A DNA stretch of 62,174 nt, counting the filler, from Sphacelaria rigidula (Eukaryota): assembly GCA_964200075.2 (NCBI GenBank). It is 10 parts of 10 records of this genome, joined end to end, with 100 filler letters (N's around TTAATTAATTAA, not from the genome) between each part and the next. Parts side by side here need not be neighbours in the genome. Positions count along the whole stretch, not along the records: positions 24,913 to 31,039 come from CAXNAA020022052.1; positions 31,140 to 37,266 come from CAXNAA020022053.1; 8 more parts are not named here. One strand, written 5' to 3'. This document shows, piece after piece, positions 25,736 through 37,266 of the stretch (position 1 is the first letter of the stretch; every line of letters begins with the position of its first letter). The notes below the pieces were generated by a model. It had not been told where the DNA came from and searched no databases. It worked only from the letters and a program-made list of their open reading frames with translations. A program made the translations under genes and the position numbers.

Positions 25736-26046
25736 GTGAGACACCCATGAGGCAGTGTGGAACCCGTGGCTGTCTCTGGAAGTGGTGGTACTAGAAAATG
25801 AATCAATTCATTGTAGGCTGTCATCCATATACAAGATAATCAGTACGCTTCGGGCCGAATAATCTTGGCAGGATGTAGTCTATCCTTGATGCGGCTCGCC
25901 AAAGATATCACGGCGCTTCGCGCTTGGTGATTGATTGCGAGCCTAGTCCGGCGAAACCCGGCGTGCTCCGTCTCGGCTTTGTGAGGATACAAGGTCAACG
26001 GTCATATGACTACGGCATGTGAGATCATGAGTACACCCTCCCCCAC
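25736..26046 (-). repeat. Poly-G-anchored high-copy repeat, long copy (inverted)
   Basis: Reverse complement of 27323-27642 over ~310 bp. Confidence 0.85.
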
Positions 26047-26391
26047 CTATCTCTTTCCTTTTCTTATTGTATTCTTTACCGTTCTTCAGTACACTTTGTT
26101 CTCTCTTTACACTCGTATTTCCCCTCACTCGAGCTTCATTTAACGCGTGTTCCCTGTTTGTTTTTCACCTTCGATACGTCTATCCTTGTGACCCCGGCTA
26201 CTCTCTACTCTCTCACACAGCGGACCAACGAATGTGCGACAATCAATACACCAACCAATCACACAGTCAACTGCCTTCGAATCTCCAACACGTCTGACAG
26301 ATTATGGACCGTCTGAAACAACCGATCAAAGAAGACTCTCGAATATGTTGGTCCAATAGCACGAGAGTATGTGACCGCGGAGTCAGAAAAG

Positions 26392-26436
26392 CTAAAGCGT
26401 AATCCTTGCGATACTCGACGTGCTCATCGTCCGGCG
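26392..26436 (-). CDS. Possible terminal exon of the ankyrin + coiled-coil gene
   Basis: Strong acceptor ctttctcatgtttgctccttttcag|; RRTMSTSSIARITL* in phase 0. Confidence 0.4.
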   Translation of the reverse strand, partial: RRTMSTSSIARITL

Positions 26437-26627
26437 CTGAAAAGGAGCAAACATGAGAAAGGGGGCCAACTGCTCCGGATCATGATCCGAATCAGTATTC
26501 TGAGAAGGAAGTAATTTTCATACGGATCATGATCTGTCCCACGTGTAAAATCTCCTCAAGCTCTTCGGTCATCATGAGATCCGATCTCTTGAGAGCTCAA
26601 GAGCGATATCTATATTGCGTACAGTAC

Positions 26628-26795
26628 CTCCAGGGCGGCAATCTTGTTCCTCATGGTTCTCGCTTCCTCCCTCGTCTTTTCCAGCGCAGTTTTCATCGAC
26701 TTCACAGCATGAGACAAATCCCTCGCGCCTATCTTGCTCATGTTCAGCTCCTTCTCGCGCTTGGCTAGCTTGTCCCAAAGAGCCTCAACCTCACC
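26628..26795 (-). CDS. Ankyrin + coiled-coil protein, coiled-coil exon
   Basis: gagcag|GGT..GAG|gtactg; 56 codons GEVEALWDKLAKREKELNMSK...LEKTREEARTMRNKIAALE with heptad-like composition, phase 0/0. Confidence 0.8.
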
Positions 26796-27322
26796 CTGCT
26801 CCGCGCAAACAACGTCATCATCCACGTACAGTGGAGAATATGGACATCGGGGAGGGGAGGGGAGGGAGGAGGGAGCGGGGGTGGTTCGTACGTGAGGATT
26901 CCACAGTCACAGGCGGCCGGTAAATTCGGGAAAAACTACCGCTTGGAATCGTAAAAGAGTGCACAATGATGGATGTCGAGTACTTCACGGGGATGCTTGC
27001 AGCAAGGGGGTCCATGTCCAAGCACCTGTATATATTCAGCTTTTGATTCGACAAGTAAGGCGGGCTTTATTGAGCATGATTCCACGGCGGAAAATGGATA
27101 CAGCCGTCATACGTACCCCGTGGGAATGTCTCGAGACTCACTGAGCTGGCTGATCGTACAATTTGTGGGTGCGTTTCACTTCGAAGCTTCGGCGACAGAG
27201 GGGGTTGACACTCGATTGTACCTTTTTTACGCTGTGTGAAATCTTCTAGGGTCATTTCGCTGGTTATATAACGCTACTACAAGGAGCCTGAAAAATGAAA
27301 TGACTCATAAAACGTTCTTCTG

Positions 27323-27642
27323 AGGGGGGTAGGGGGGGTGTACTCATGATCTTGCATGCCGTAGTCATAGCACCATTGAACCCGCACCCCTACAAAGCCG
27401 GGACGGAGCACGCTGGGTTTTCGTCGGACCAGGCCCGCAATCAATCACCAAAGCGCGAAGCGCCGTGATGTGTTCAGCGGGTCGCGTGAGGGATGAGCTG
27501 CATCCTGCTAAAAGATTGTTCGGCCCGAAGCCTACTGATTATCTTGCATTCGGATGACAGCTTTCAATGAGTTGCTTCATTTTCTGGTATCGCCACTTCC
27601 AGAGACAGCCACGGCTTCTACACTACCTCATGGGTGTCTCAC
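27323..27642 (+). repeat. Poly-G-anchored high-copy repeat, long copy
   Basis: G-run + TACTCATGATCTTGCATGCCGTAGTCAT...CCCTACAAAGCCGGGACGGAGCACG..; other copies or fragments at 20-275, 6255-6293, 22057-22290, 24683-24735, 24913-25240, 28362-28450, 30975-31039. Confidence 0.85.
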
Positions 27643-28174
27643 TATTCAAACACTACGTAGTACGATCATCCCCTTTGCGCGGAGTTGAGGTTCTTCCACC
27701 CCGAACAACATGATCTAGCTCGACCACCATCATGGGCACCGAAAAACAACACGGATTATTGGCGGAATACGGGCCTTGGCGGATTGGGCCTCCTCGGAAA
27801 GATTTGCTATATTTTTTCACGAGGATTCCAGCGCGCTTGTCCGATCTTTCATACGCCCAGTTTCACTTTTGCCCTGATTCCGGACTTTTTCACTCGCCCC
27901 CAAAAACTTCGAGTTGCCGGGAAAAAGTCCGTGTTTTTTCCGACAACTGGACGAATGCAAGGGCACAGGGAAAACGCTGTCAAGAACAGCACTCGACTCG
28001 CAACTAGAAGCAGCGGCGGAAAAAAAAAAAACTGATCTACGAACTATAAATACATCCATCTTCACACACGTGATCGGAAGAAGGCCACATAAAAACAGGG
28101 CAGCACATGAACCGCGCACCGCGCAATCGTTGTACTTCCTGCAGCATTCACGAAACCCAAAAACAAAAGCACAC

Positions 28175-28321
28175 TTGGCTGTGTTGAAGATGCAGATCGC
28201 TGCGCTCCGACCGCATGTACATGAGCGCCATATTTCTGCGCGTCGCTTCGTATCCCTTCATAAGCAAAGCCTGTCGCTCCGCGAACAGCCTCCGTATCTG
28301 CAACTTATGCACGGGATTGAC
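28175..28321 (-). CDS. Ankyrin + coiled-coil protein, exon
   Basis: ctcag|GTC..CAA|gtgtgc; 49 codons VNPVHKLQIRRLFAERQALLMKGYEATRRNMALMYMRSERSDLHLQHSQ, phase 0/0. Confidence 0.7.
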
Positions 28322-29451
28322 CTGAGACTCGGGGACAGCAGCATGTAGGTGTTTGTGTACAGGGGGGGGAAGGGGGGAAGGGGGGTACTCATTGGTTGCT
28401 CGCCTTTGTCGTTTGACTGTTGACCACGCATCACTTTCGGGACAGAGCAGTGTGTACACGGGGGGGAATAATGTTATGAGTCCAGGACAGCACTCCGGAG
28501 GTGACATACAATAAATCGTGATCTACACTAGACAAACAAAACACTGGCATCGGTTCGAAACGGAGCACTGATACATATATATATATATATGATGTCGCAT
28601 GATTTTCACAGCAATCGCACAATTTATCCTCTCCATTTCTTTGTTCTGAAACAGGTCTAGCCCTAGTACACACATATGTATTTACGTTAGAACGTTAACG
28701 TCGGGCAGACTCGTGCAGTAAGTAATGCGAGCGATATTACGATATATATCAGTTGTATCGACCAGATATTAACGTTTTTTTGCTCTCTTTTTTTCCCCAC
28801 CTGTGCAGCCCTTCCTTTGTCAGCGGCTTGTGGCGGGACAGTTATGTGTGCACTGAGTATTGTACGGTTGATGTAAACACGGCCATTTCAATTTTGGCAC
28901 ACTGCGTGAACACGTGTGGTGGTTTGTGATCGGTAATGAGTGATATGTTGATTGATTAACCGTCGCATATTGAGTGATGCCCGAGGAATCCAGCCGTGTG
29001 TACAAGATATCTTACCTTAGACAATATATGGTCAATAGTTACAACAGACAATAAATGTACTGTATAAAGTATAGGCCTATTGCAACTATTGTCGGCCGAC
29101 AATAGTCGCAACAGGCCTATACTTCACGCAGTACATTTTTTTGTCTATTGTAACGATTGACCATTACAGTATTTGCGACCAGAGGCGCAATAGGCCTATA
29201 CATTGCGTGGTACACTTCTTGCTTATTGCAACTATTGACCACATATTGTGCGAGGTGTGCAAGACAGGCGTAATGCCCAATGTATCGATTGATTGCTTCA
29301 ATGTCGCACATGAACTAACTGATCCCCAAAGGATTTAGCCGCGGTCATTGTCCACGAGATAGACGTACCACAGGAAATAAGGAAAACGGATACGTCAAAA
29401 AGAATTACTGGAATGATATAGGTACGCAGTGCTGTGTGCAATCGTGCTCAC

Positions 29452-29513
29452 CTCGGAATAGAAAGAGCCCCCCGGTCTGACGCCATCCTCATTCGCGATG
29501 GAGCTGTCGGCAC
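29452..29513 (-). CDS. Ankyrin + coiled-coil protein, exon
   Basis: tttcgcttctgcgtag|GT..GAG|gtgagc; (G)ADSSIANEDGVRPGGSFYSE continues the ankyrin GAD....N..G..P motif; phases 1 to 0. Confidence 0.85.
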
Positions 29514-30383
29514 CTACGCAGAAGCGAAACAGCACGGCGAGATATACCATCAGAAAAAAAAAATCAACGACACAGGCCCAGCTGCGGTCGTTTTTTCGGG
29601 ACGGCTTGTTGCACCCCTTTGAAGTGACGGCTGATCAACCTGTGAAGCACGTCAACCGTTGACCGAAGGCAAAATCTTTATTTCGCCAATTTTGGTCTTC
29701 ATCTTTTCAGATTTTCGAAGCGCAAGTTCCCCTTGCAGTGTCACTTGGTATCTGTATATATCGGAGTTCGGAGCGGAGAGCTCTCAAGAACAGATATACC
29801 ATGTAATCCCAGTAATCTGAAGTTGACGAATGAAATGTGTTTCCGCGAACACTTCTGATATTTTTCGGGGACGAGGTAAAACTGGGGGGAACGGCGATAT
29901 CTTTACGCTACTGCACGCTAGCAGTAGTCCTTTTCTTTCCTCCTTTTTCTTCTTTTTTAGTTTTTCATTTGTATCACGTCTGTGTGAATTGTTTCTGATG
30001 GGTGCAATTATTTCATGATTTTTCTTCTATAGCCTGTGACCGCGGAGGGCGTCCGCATCAGATGCCCAGTACAGAGTACTTCGCAGATATCGGGGCGGTT
30101 TTTAATGTACAGACAACAACAACAACAACAACAACTTTCGGAGAGATAGAGGTCAATCATTTTTTCATCTAGATACTGAAAAGGACAAATTGCCTCCAAG
30201 CGAAAACAGAGACAAGCTGATACGCATGCCGACATTTGTTCATGCGTGGAATTTCACCTATTTAGCTGAACCGGCAAAAGTTTTGGGAAAGTATTTCAAG
30301 ATTCGCTGGATGCTTTGTCCTCTCATTTTTTACCGTCGCCGAGAAGTGCATGCGACTGCTTTATGTTGGAATATGATCCTTAC

Positions 30384-30519
30384 CCCAAGCGAGAAGAAGG
30401 AGAGTAACGTCAGCGTGTCCGTAGAAGGCGGCCATGAATAATGACGTAGCCCGGCGTGAGCTGGTAGCGTTGATATTCGCCCCGCATTTGAGCAGTTGCT
30501 CTGCCGCGATCTTATGCCC
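30384..30519 (-). CDS. Ankyrin-repeat + coiled-coil protein, first visible exon
   Basis: ttttttcccgcag|GGG..TGG G|gtaagg; GHKIAAEQLLKCGANINATSSRRATSLFMAAFYGHADVTLLLLAW(G) fits the ankyrin consensus. Confidence 0.9.
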
Positions 30520-31778
30520 CTGCGGGAAAAAAAGTGCAAGCATGTACGGTACGAGACGAATTTGGTGAAAATAATAGCCAAAACTGGTGGCATGGAATAA
30601 GTAGTGGGACCTTTCACCGAAAAACTGTCAAATGTTGACGTATCTATCTGTTTAAGGCATTGGTTGTGGTCCCGAGAGATCAACCGATCCATCTCCCCCT
30701 CCTTAATCATCTAGCGTTTTGGAACACTGCAGTATTGCGAATTGGATCATGATCATTAGCACCCGCGCGCACCGGGGTGTTTCTCGTCGAACAAACTCTC
30801 CTTGCTGCTCACGTTCTCACATGTTCAACGACGAAAAATATATCCATAATGAATCTGACGGGAATCGAAGCTCATGATCTTCATCCTTCCTGGTTTCAGT
30901 TGCACCATCTTCTTTCGGACCACCTCGGTGTGGCGGCTCATGGTATTGCACAACCATAGAGTTGTGCTACGATAGGGGGCGCGGGTGTACTCATGATCAT
31001 GCATGCCATAGTCATACTACCATTGACCTCGCATCCCTANNNNNNNNNNNNNNNNNNNNNNNNNNNNNNNNNNNNNNNNNNNNTTAATTAATTAANNNNN
31101 NNNNNNNNNNNNNNNNNNNNNNNNNNNNNNNNNNNNNNNATGTGTATATCTCTTGTGCTTTGTTGCAAGTCGCAGTCGGCGCTGTGCACTTGCTGAGATC
31201 TCCTCTCGTGTGGTTGGTGCTGCACGAGATACTGACTAGCTGTCGCTGTCAGAGTAGCCTAGACTCAATACAGTGGACTCTGTATTGAGTAACCAGTCCG
31301 GTCAGGGTGGCTGCTGTAAGGTCTAATTATCCCGTTGTTTCATACTCGATGCGTTGTTGGATGTGAGTGGCCACGTAGTCGTTGCTGCCTTGTGTACCCA
31401 CGCCGAAGGCTTAACCAACACCATCTTCCTTGGCACAGCTACACGCCATGACATTTGCAGTGCGTTCAATAGACCTGCCTGGATTCAGAACGAGGTCTCA
31501 CTTCTTGCTCCAAAGGTTTGCTCTCGAGCGAGGCTTCAGATACTTGAGGGCAAAGCAGTTGTACGAACAATTATCTTCGTTACACCGGAAGTGACCTTTC
31601 CACCCGATCGCACACACGTCATATGTCAAGCAGTCATAGTCATACTCCAGAAAGTATATCATGACCTTGTCTCATGTGAATCTCATATCCATATCTCAGT
31701 AGACAGCTTATCATACACTTGCATGTGTACTAGAGGTGGACTACTCTGTAGTCCTGTTGCTGGAAGGAGATTGACCTT

Positions 31779-32034
31779 GAGCCATGCTACGATAGGCATT
31801 GCACTTTTTGTTTTGTGGGTCTTTTTTCTGTAGGAGCCCAAATATGTAGGGCTTACTGTGCAATCCATTATCTCCGGGGACCGGACATGAAAAGTCACGC
31901 AGGGGCCTTTCCGTGAATCAGCACCATTTTCGGTATTTTTCAAGTAAAAATGATGCCGATTCTCAAAATGACCCGTCCAACACCCCGAGAAACATATTTA
32001 CTAAAGAGGTGCAACCCCTATCGTAGCATCACTC
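31779..32034. mobile_element. MITE with GAG...CTC termini (Sola2-like), different interior
   Basis: TIRs GAGCCATGCTACGATAGG / CCTATCGTAGCATCACTC; perfect 4-bp TSD CCTT on both sides. Confidence 0.75.
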
Positions 32035-33914
32035 CCTTCGCATGGGCGCTATGTTCAATTGCCACCGTCGCTGGTACTCAACATGGCGTGGGGGGGGAGG
32101 GAGGGGTAAGGGGGGCGTTTCTCCGTACGTGACACGCGTTTCTGTTCCGGCGCTGCCGCAGAGTAGGTTCCTTGTGTTTTTCTGTTCCTCTCCAAACACG
32201 ACATCAGAAACCAAGAGAAACGATGGTTAATGCGCATTTTGTTGTCCTGGCGCAGAGTGGAGTTGATATGGTCCTTTTTTCCTATCAGAAATGAAAGTTG
32301 ATGAATGCCAAGCGAAGCGGTCGATCAGATCCCCGTTTTTGTGTCGTAGGCGAGCAGAGTCGAATAGTTAAAATTGTTACTCTCAAAAACGAAGCTCCAT
32401 ACCCGCAATGTCAACCGCTTATTGGCGCGCTCGTTTTTGCGATGGAGACGGGGGTTGCCTCGTTCTATTGTTGCAGTCAGACATGAAAATTTAAGAATCC
32501 TTGACTACCAAATGTATCGCCTGCTCACGCACGCATTTTTTTTTCTTCGGCAAAAATGATACTTTCTACGATAAACTACCCCCATAACCAGTCCAAAAGC
32601 GTCACGAAGAAAACGGTCATACAGCGCCTGATGTTTGGGTTCAGGCTACAAGAAGCATCTCATTTGGGCGACATTGGCGAGAACGGACCCAAGGGTTGGA
32701 TTTCACAGCTGCTCGTTGTGCTCAGCTACTTCCATTTCGGTTTACGTGGAGATTTTGCCTCCCTAAATCAGACACTTTCGGGGGGGGAGGTTATCGTTGA
32801 AAGTGTCAGATGCCAGTATTTTTTGTTGTTGTTCCTCTCAGAAACTAAAACACATAGCCACCAAGCTCTCGGTTGCTCACGTCCGTGTCCAGTTTTATGG
32901 CAGAGTGAGGTCAAATTATTTGATGGTTTCTTCACAAAAGTACACTTAATAATCGCCAAGCCCAAGGGTTATTCCCGTCCGTGGTCTTGTGACAGCCAAC
33001 CAGTGGATGAAATGTGCGCTATGCTTTCGACGAACTGTTCTCTCAAGTGCTCCGCCGTGACCTAATTGCCTTTCCCGTTCGAAGCTGTGGAACTGCTGCG
33101 CGATTATGCGTAGGGCATCGGTTGGGTAGGTGGTGGTCGGATTGAGAAAACAAAATTTCCGATATTTAACAACCAGTAGCCGGAAGGTAACGAGAATATG
33201 GTAAAGTGTACAGGATTTATGGATGCCCGGGAACCTACAGTCGGGCACATCGATCACCAGAAGCTGGTGAAGCCGTCGCCAAAAACCGGTGAAAGCCAAT
33301 CTGAATTATAATCAACACGTACAACGTGCGTGGTTTTCGTCAGGAGAGCGTTTCTACGGTAGGAGTGCACAGTTCTTTCCTGGGATGCTACACTTAAGGA
33401 GCCTCTCGATCACAGATATCATGGCCTTAGTGTGCAGCCTCAAAAGCCTTCGGACTGAAGAGTGTACTCCTACTGTAGAATTACTCAGAAGCCATTGGCA
33501 GTGTGATTTGACCCATCAGCCGGTTGCATTTACTGCTTTTCGGAAGCCATTTGTCAGCTGTAGCGGTGTTTGGCAAAGAGTGCAGGTGGTTTACCGTTTT
33601 CTTGCGATTGCCCACGATTGTACTTCAACTACTGAATTATATGCGGGGCGATGAAACCATATGCTTCTTTTACTGGCCGTCATCGTTTGACCTCGTAGTC
33701 AAGGTGATCTGTGAGGTGACGTCAGGATGTCACCAATGGTTAGGGCTCCTGAGTTTTCATTTTGGTCTTGCGGATTGGGTGAGCATCCCCGCACCACGTC
33801 AACTCTCGTCAACAAAACTCACTCAACTAGTTTTTGTTTACACACGTACTCACGCTTTCGACAGTGGAATTCAGAGGCTGCGAAGAGAAAGATACCACGA
33901 AACTTACCTACTAT

Positions 33915-34400
33915 TTAGGTGCAGTATTGAGATCGTACCCAGGTTACCCAAAACGTGGGTGGAGTGTTGAGACCATACCCAACTTTATCCTGATTTCGAG
34001 TAGAGTTATGGGGTCATACCCGAGTGATACTCTATATCCAGGTGTTGCTGAGAGTACTTACTCCATGTTTGGGTGGAGTATTGAGATCACACTAAAGATA
34101 CCAAAAAATTGTGTGGAGAATTGGGATCGCACCCAACTCCACCCAATGTTTGGGTCGAGAATAGAAGTCATGTCCTAGTGATAGTCTCTACCGGGTATTG
34201 CTGAGAGTTCTGACTCATTATTTGAGTAGAGAATTGACACTACTATACCTTACTCTACCCATCATCTAGATAAGGTATTTGAAATTGTATTCAGCTCTAC
34301 CCTACACTTGGGGAGAGTATTCTAGGTTAATACTCAATCTACCCGAAGCTTAGATAAACTGAATACCCGAGTATTATGCCCGTGTACTCAAGAATGCGTA
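33915..34400. repeat. Degenerate minisatellite (GAGTATTGAGATC..TACCC-type subunits)
   Basis: Recurring GGAGTATTGAGATC / TACCCAA motifs at ~40-bp spacing with a higher-order repeat of roughly 150-160 bp. Confidence 0.6.
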
Positions 34401-34440
34401 TCCCACCCAGCACACGCTTGGAGTAATATGCTCAGCTCAC

Positions 34441-34518
34441 CTTGGTTTTCAAGTCTTCGAAGTACTTGCCGGCTTCAATCTCGATCATATCCCCGGGTCC
34501 TACATCATCAAGCGCATC
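34441..34518 (-). CDS. Exon resembling the N-terminal cap of a right-handed parallel beta-helix (pectin-lyase-like) protein
   Basis: cccttcag|GAT..AAG|gtgagc; DALDDVGPGDMIEIEAGKYFEDLKTK fits AL....PGD.I.l..G.Y.E; isolated, neighbouring exons not confidently found. Confidence 0.65.
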
Positions 34519-36619
34519 CTGAAGGGGCGTCGAATGTAACGGGACCCGGTGGGCACGGATAGATGATGAGCAGGGAAATGCAGTCGAACAAGGTAGAGAA
34601 CCATCGGTGTAAATCTTCACAACGGTGGCGAAGTGGGAGAAAGCACTGTGTTGTAGGTACCACGGCTATTTCTCACGACGGGCGACCGATATATGTCGTG
34701 TGGGGCTGGAAAACATCGTTGCACAAAACACGATAGGGGTGGGACGACTACGGACTTGCGGGGGAAATGCAAAGCGTGAAGTCTTCATAAACATCGTTGT
34801 TAGCCTAGAAATGGCTTGATATTTGATTCGTAAGGCAGCAGCAGCGAGTGTTTGTGGTAAGCATGACTCGTTCCACACAACCTGTCATTGATCACTCCTC
34901 ATCTTGTGCGACGTCAACACCAACAACTGTTGCGCGCATTCAGCGGTATTTCCAACCGTCCTACGGACAAGAAACGTGCTGAATACATCCTCACACGGCG
35001 AGCTCATCGCCGGCTTACTCTAAATGACATTGTGCATTTGTGTGTGTTGCCATCCCATCCATGCTGGATTCCGGCTTTCGCTTTTACGTATATGTCGGCG
35101 CGTCAGACGGGATCACACAGGAAGATCAACAGAGTTTTTTTGAATTTTAATTTTCTTTTCAGTAATCTACGTTTCTTCTGCGATGGTTTCCTTTCTTTTC
35201 ATCACGTGAAGGGTTCAGCGATCCCTTCCCTCGTCAACAGTGGAGTCAAATTTTGGGTACCAACAACATAGTTGCAGTTGCGAATGCCCAACCTCTGGGA
35301 ACTAGACAAACATATAGTAAGGGCCTCACCGCGTGGTTTAGGGTGGTTCGCACGCAATGGACATCGTCGAAAGCCACCGCGCGTACACCCGTGAAACCCG
35401 TCCATTCACGAACAATAACGTACGATACCGACCAGCACTTCACATGGCATATCGTCGGCGAGCTCAGGCAGGGCGAAACCTGAAATACGATCGGTGAGTT
35501 GACTGTAGAATTTTCTAAACTACTCCTGAGCTCCATGCAGAAGGTAATCATGCTTAAAATGGCTTGAAGTATGTGGCACGGACGAAAACGTCGTCACAGG
35601 GCGAACAACGTGCGTTCAAAGACACTCGAAGCGAAGACACAGATTGGTTCTGCGAGGGGCGCTTAGCGGCCAATACAAACACCTGACACACAAATGTGAA
35701 GTAGAGGGTAGATGAAGGTAGGTGTAGCAGGACAAGAAGAGGGGATGTCAGAGGTGGGTGTGATCAAAAGCCGTGCAAAGCACAAAAACACTGATCCCCC
35801 TCGGCCCATTGCTTGGTACATTCCACACTTGGGAAAAGTCTAAGTCAATCCTCAGTGCAGTTATCCGACCACAATGATGTTACTATTCACTTGTTATATA
35901 CGCAAAACCCAGTCCTTGTAACGTTCCTCTCTCGAGCGAATGATCCGACAATCATATAATACATCTGACTATTTCCCTTGAATATAAGACGTTCTCATTA
36001 CTTTCTACGGAAGCTCCCGCCTGCATGTTGCTGTACCGCCTTCATGCCTATTCTCCCAAATTGACGAACAGGTGTTCCGCGAGTCTGCTACTGCTTCTAT
36101 AACTAGTTACAGGAACTATACTGCAACCATACAAGACCATAGCATTCATCCGTTGATCCAGGTGATCCTGTACGTTACTCATCAACTGATATTCACCTAC
36201 TGTCTGTGTACTGCAACCAACACCAGACCAAAAATATATTTGCTGTTTCCAGCGATGTCGAGCACAACTGTTGATTCACTTTTGATTTTTTTTTTTATTG
36301 ATTGTCACTGCAACACTTTTTTGTACTTTGATTCGATTGATACATTGATTGTCGCACTTTCACTGATCACCCATGAGTCCAGCCGCGGCTGCATGGTTGA
36401 CGTACCTAAGAAAAGCAAACTGAAACACTCGCTCAAGAAAGGAAGAAACAGAAAAAATTCGAACAGAACGACATGGTGCGATAACACTTTGATGAAAAAG
36501 AGAAGAAGGAAGAAGAAAAACAAATCAACAAAAGCAAAGCACAGAAAGAGATGATTGGCCTCGAAAACAAAATAGCAGAAAAAAAGTGGAATACAGTAAT
36601 GTAAGGAATAATTCAGGGT

Positions 36620-36925
36620 TCTACACGTTACACGTGCCACAGCGTTACACGTTACGTTCACGTTACGTTTTGAGTGATGAAGGTAACGTTAACGTAACGT
36701 TAAATGTTCAAATGACGCGTTCACGTAATGTTGAATTTTTAACGTGACATACGTAACATAACGTGAACGTTAAATTTCCCAAACGTTCAAATCACGTAAT
36801 ACGAAACGTTTCATGTAACGTGTAATGTCTACTGCACGTTACACGGGCATTCGACGTTACACGTTATACGTAACGTTAAATATTACTTTACACGTTACAT
36901 GAAACGCCATGAACACGTCACATGA
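36620..36925. repeat. ACGTTA/TAACGT-rich low-complexity palindromic tract
   Basis: Dense ACGTTACACG / CGTAACGT motifs on both strands. Confidence 0.75.
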
Positions 36926-36992
36926 AGTGGTGAAACTTCAAGTTTACAATGGATTTAAAAATCCTAGGAGATTGTGCTCGAATAAATACTAG

Positions 36993-37266
36993 TATGTGTT
37001 GTTGTGTGTGTTGTCGTCCCATTTATTCTGGGCACCAGTTTACACCTTTCGGTATATGTGGGCGCATCAGCCGGGGTCACACAGGAGGAAGGTCAACACA
37101 GGAGCTTCTTTTTTTAATACCCCACCTCCCTTCTGCGGTGCTTGCTTTTATTTTTTATCGCGAGAGGGGTTCAGCAGTCCCTCTCCCTCGTCGACCGTTA
37201 GGTCGAATTTTGTGTACCCGACATAGTTGCTCTCCACTGTTGAGCATGGTGTGAGAAAATATTCCA
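36993..37266 (-). mobile_element. SINE family A copy (3' portion, cut by the contig end)
   Basis: Aligns by eye to 8118-8425; (TG/TTG)n tail at the left end. Confidence 0.75.

Noticed and set aside
31350..31720. Gypsy gag-like remnant (DMDM...KVMIYFLEYD...YLKP) on the minus strand
   Set aside because: Similarity too weak and interrupted to call
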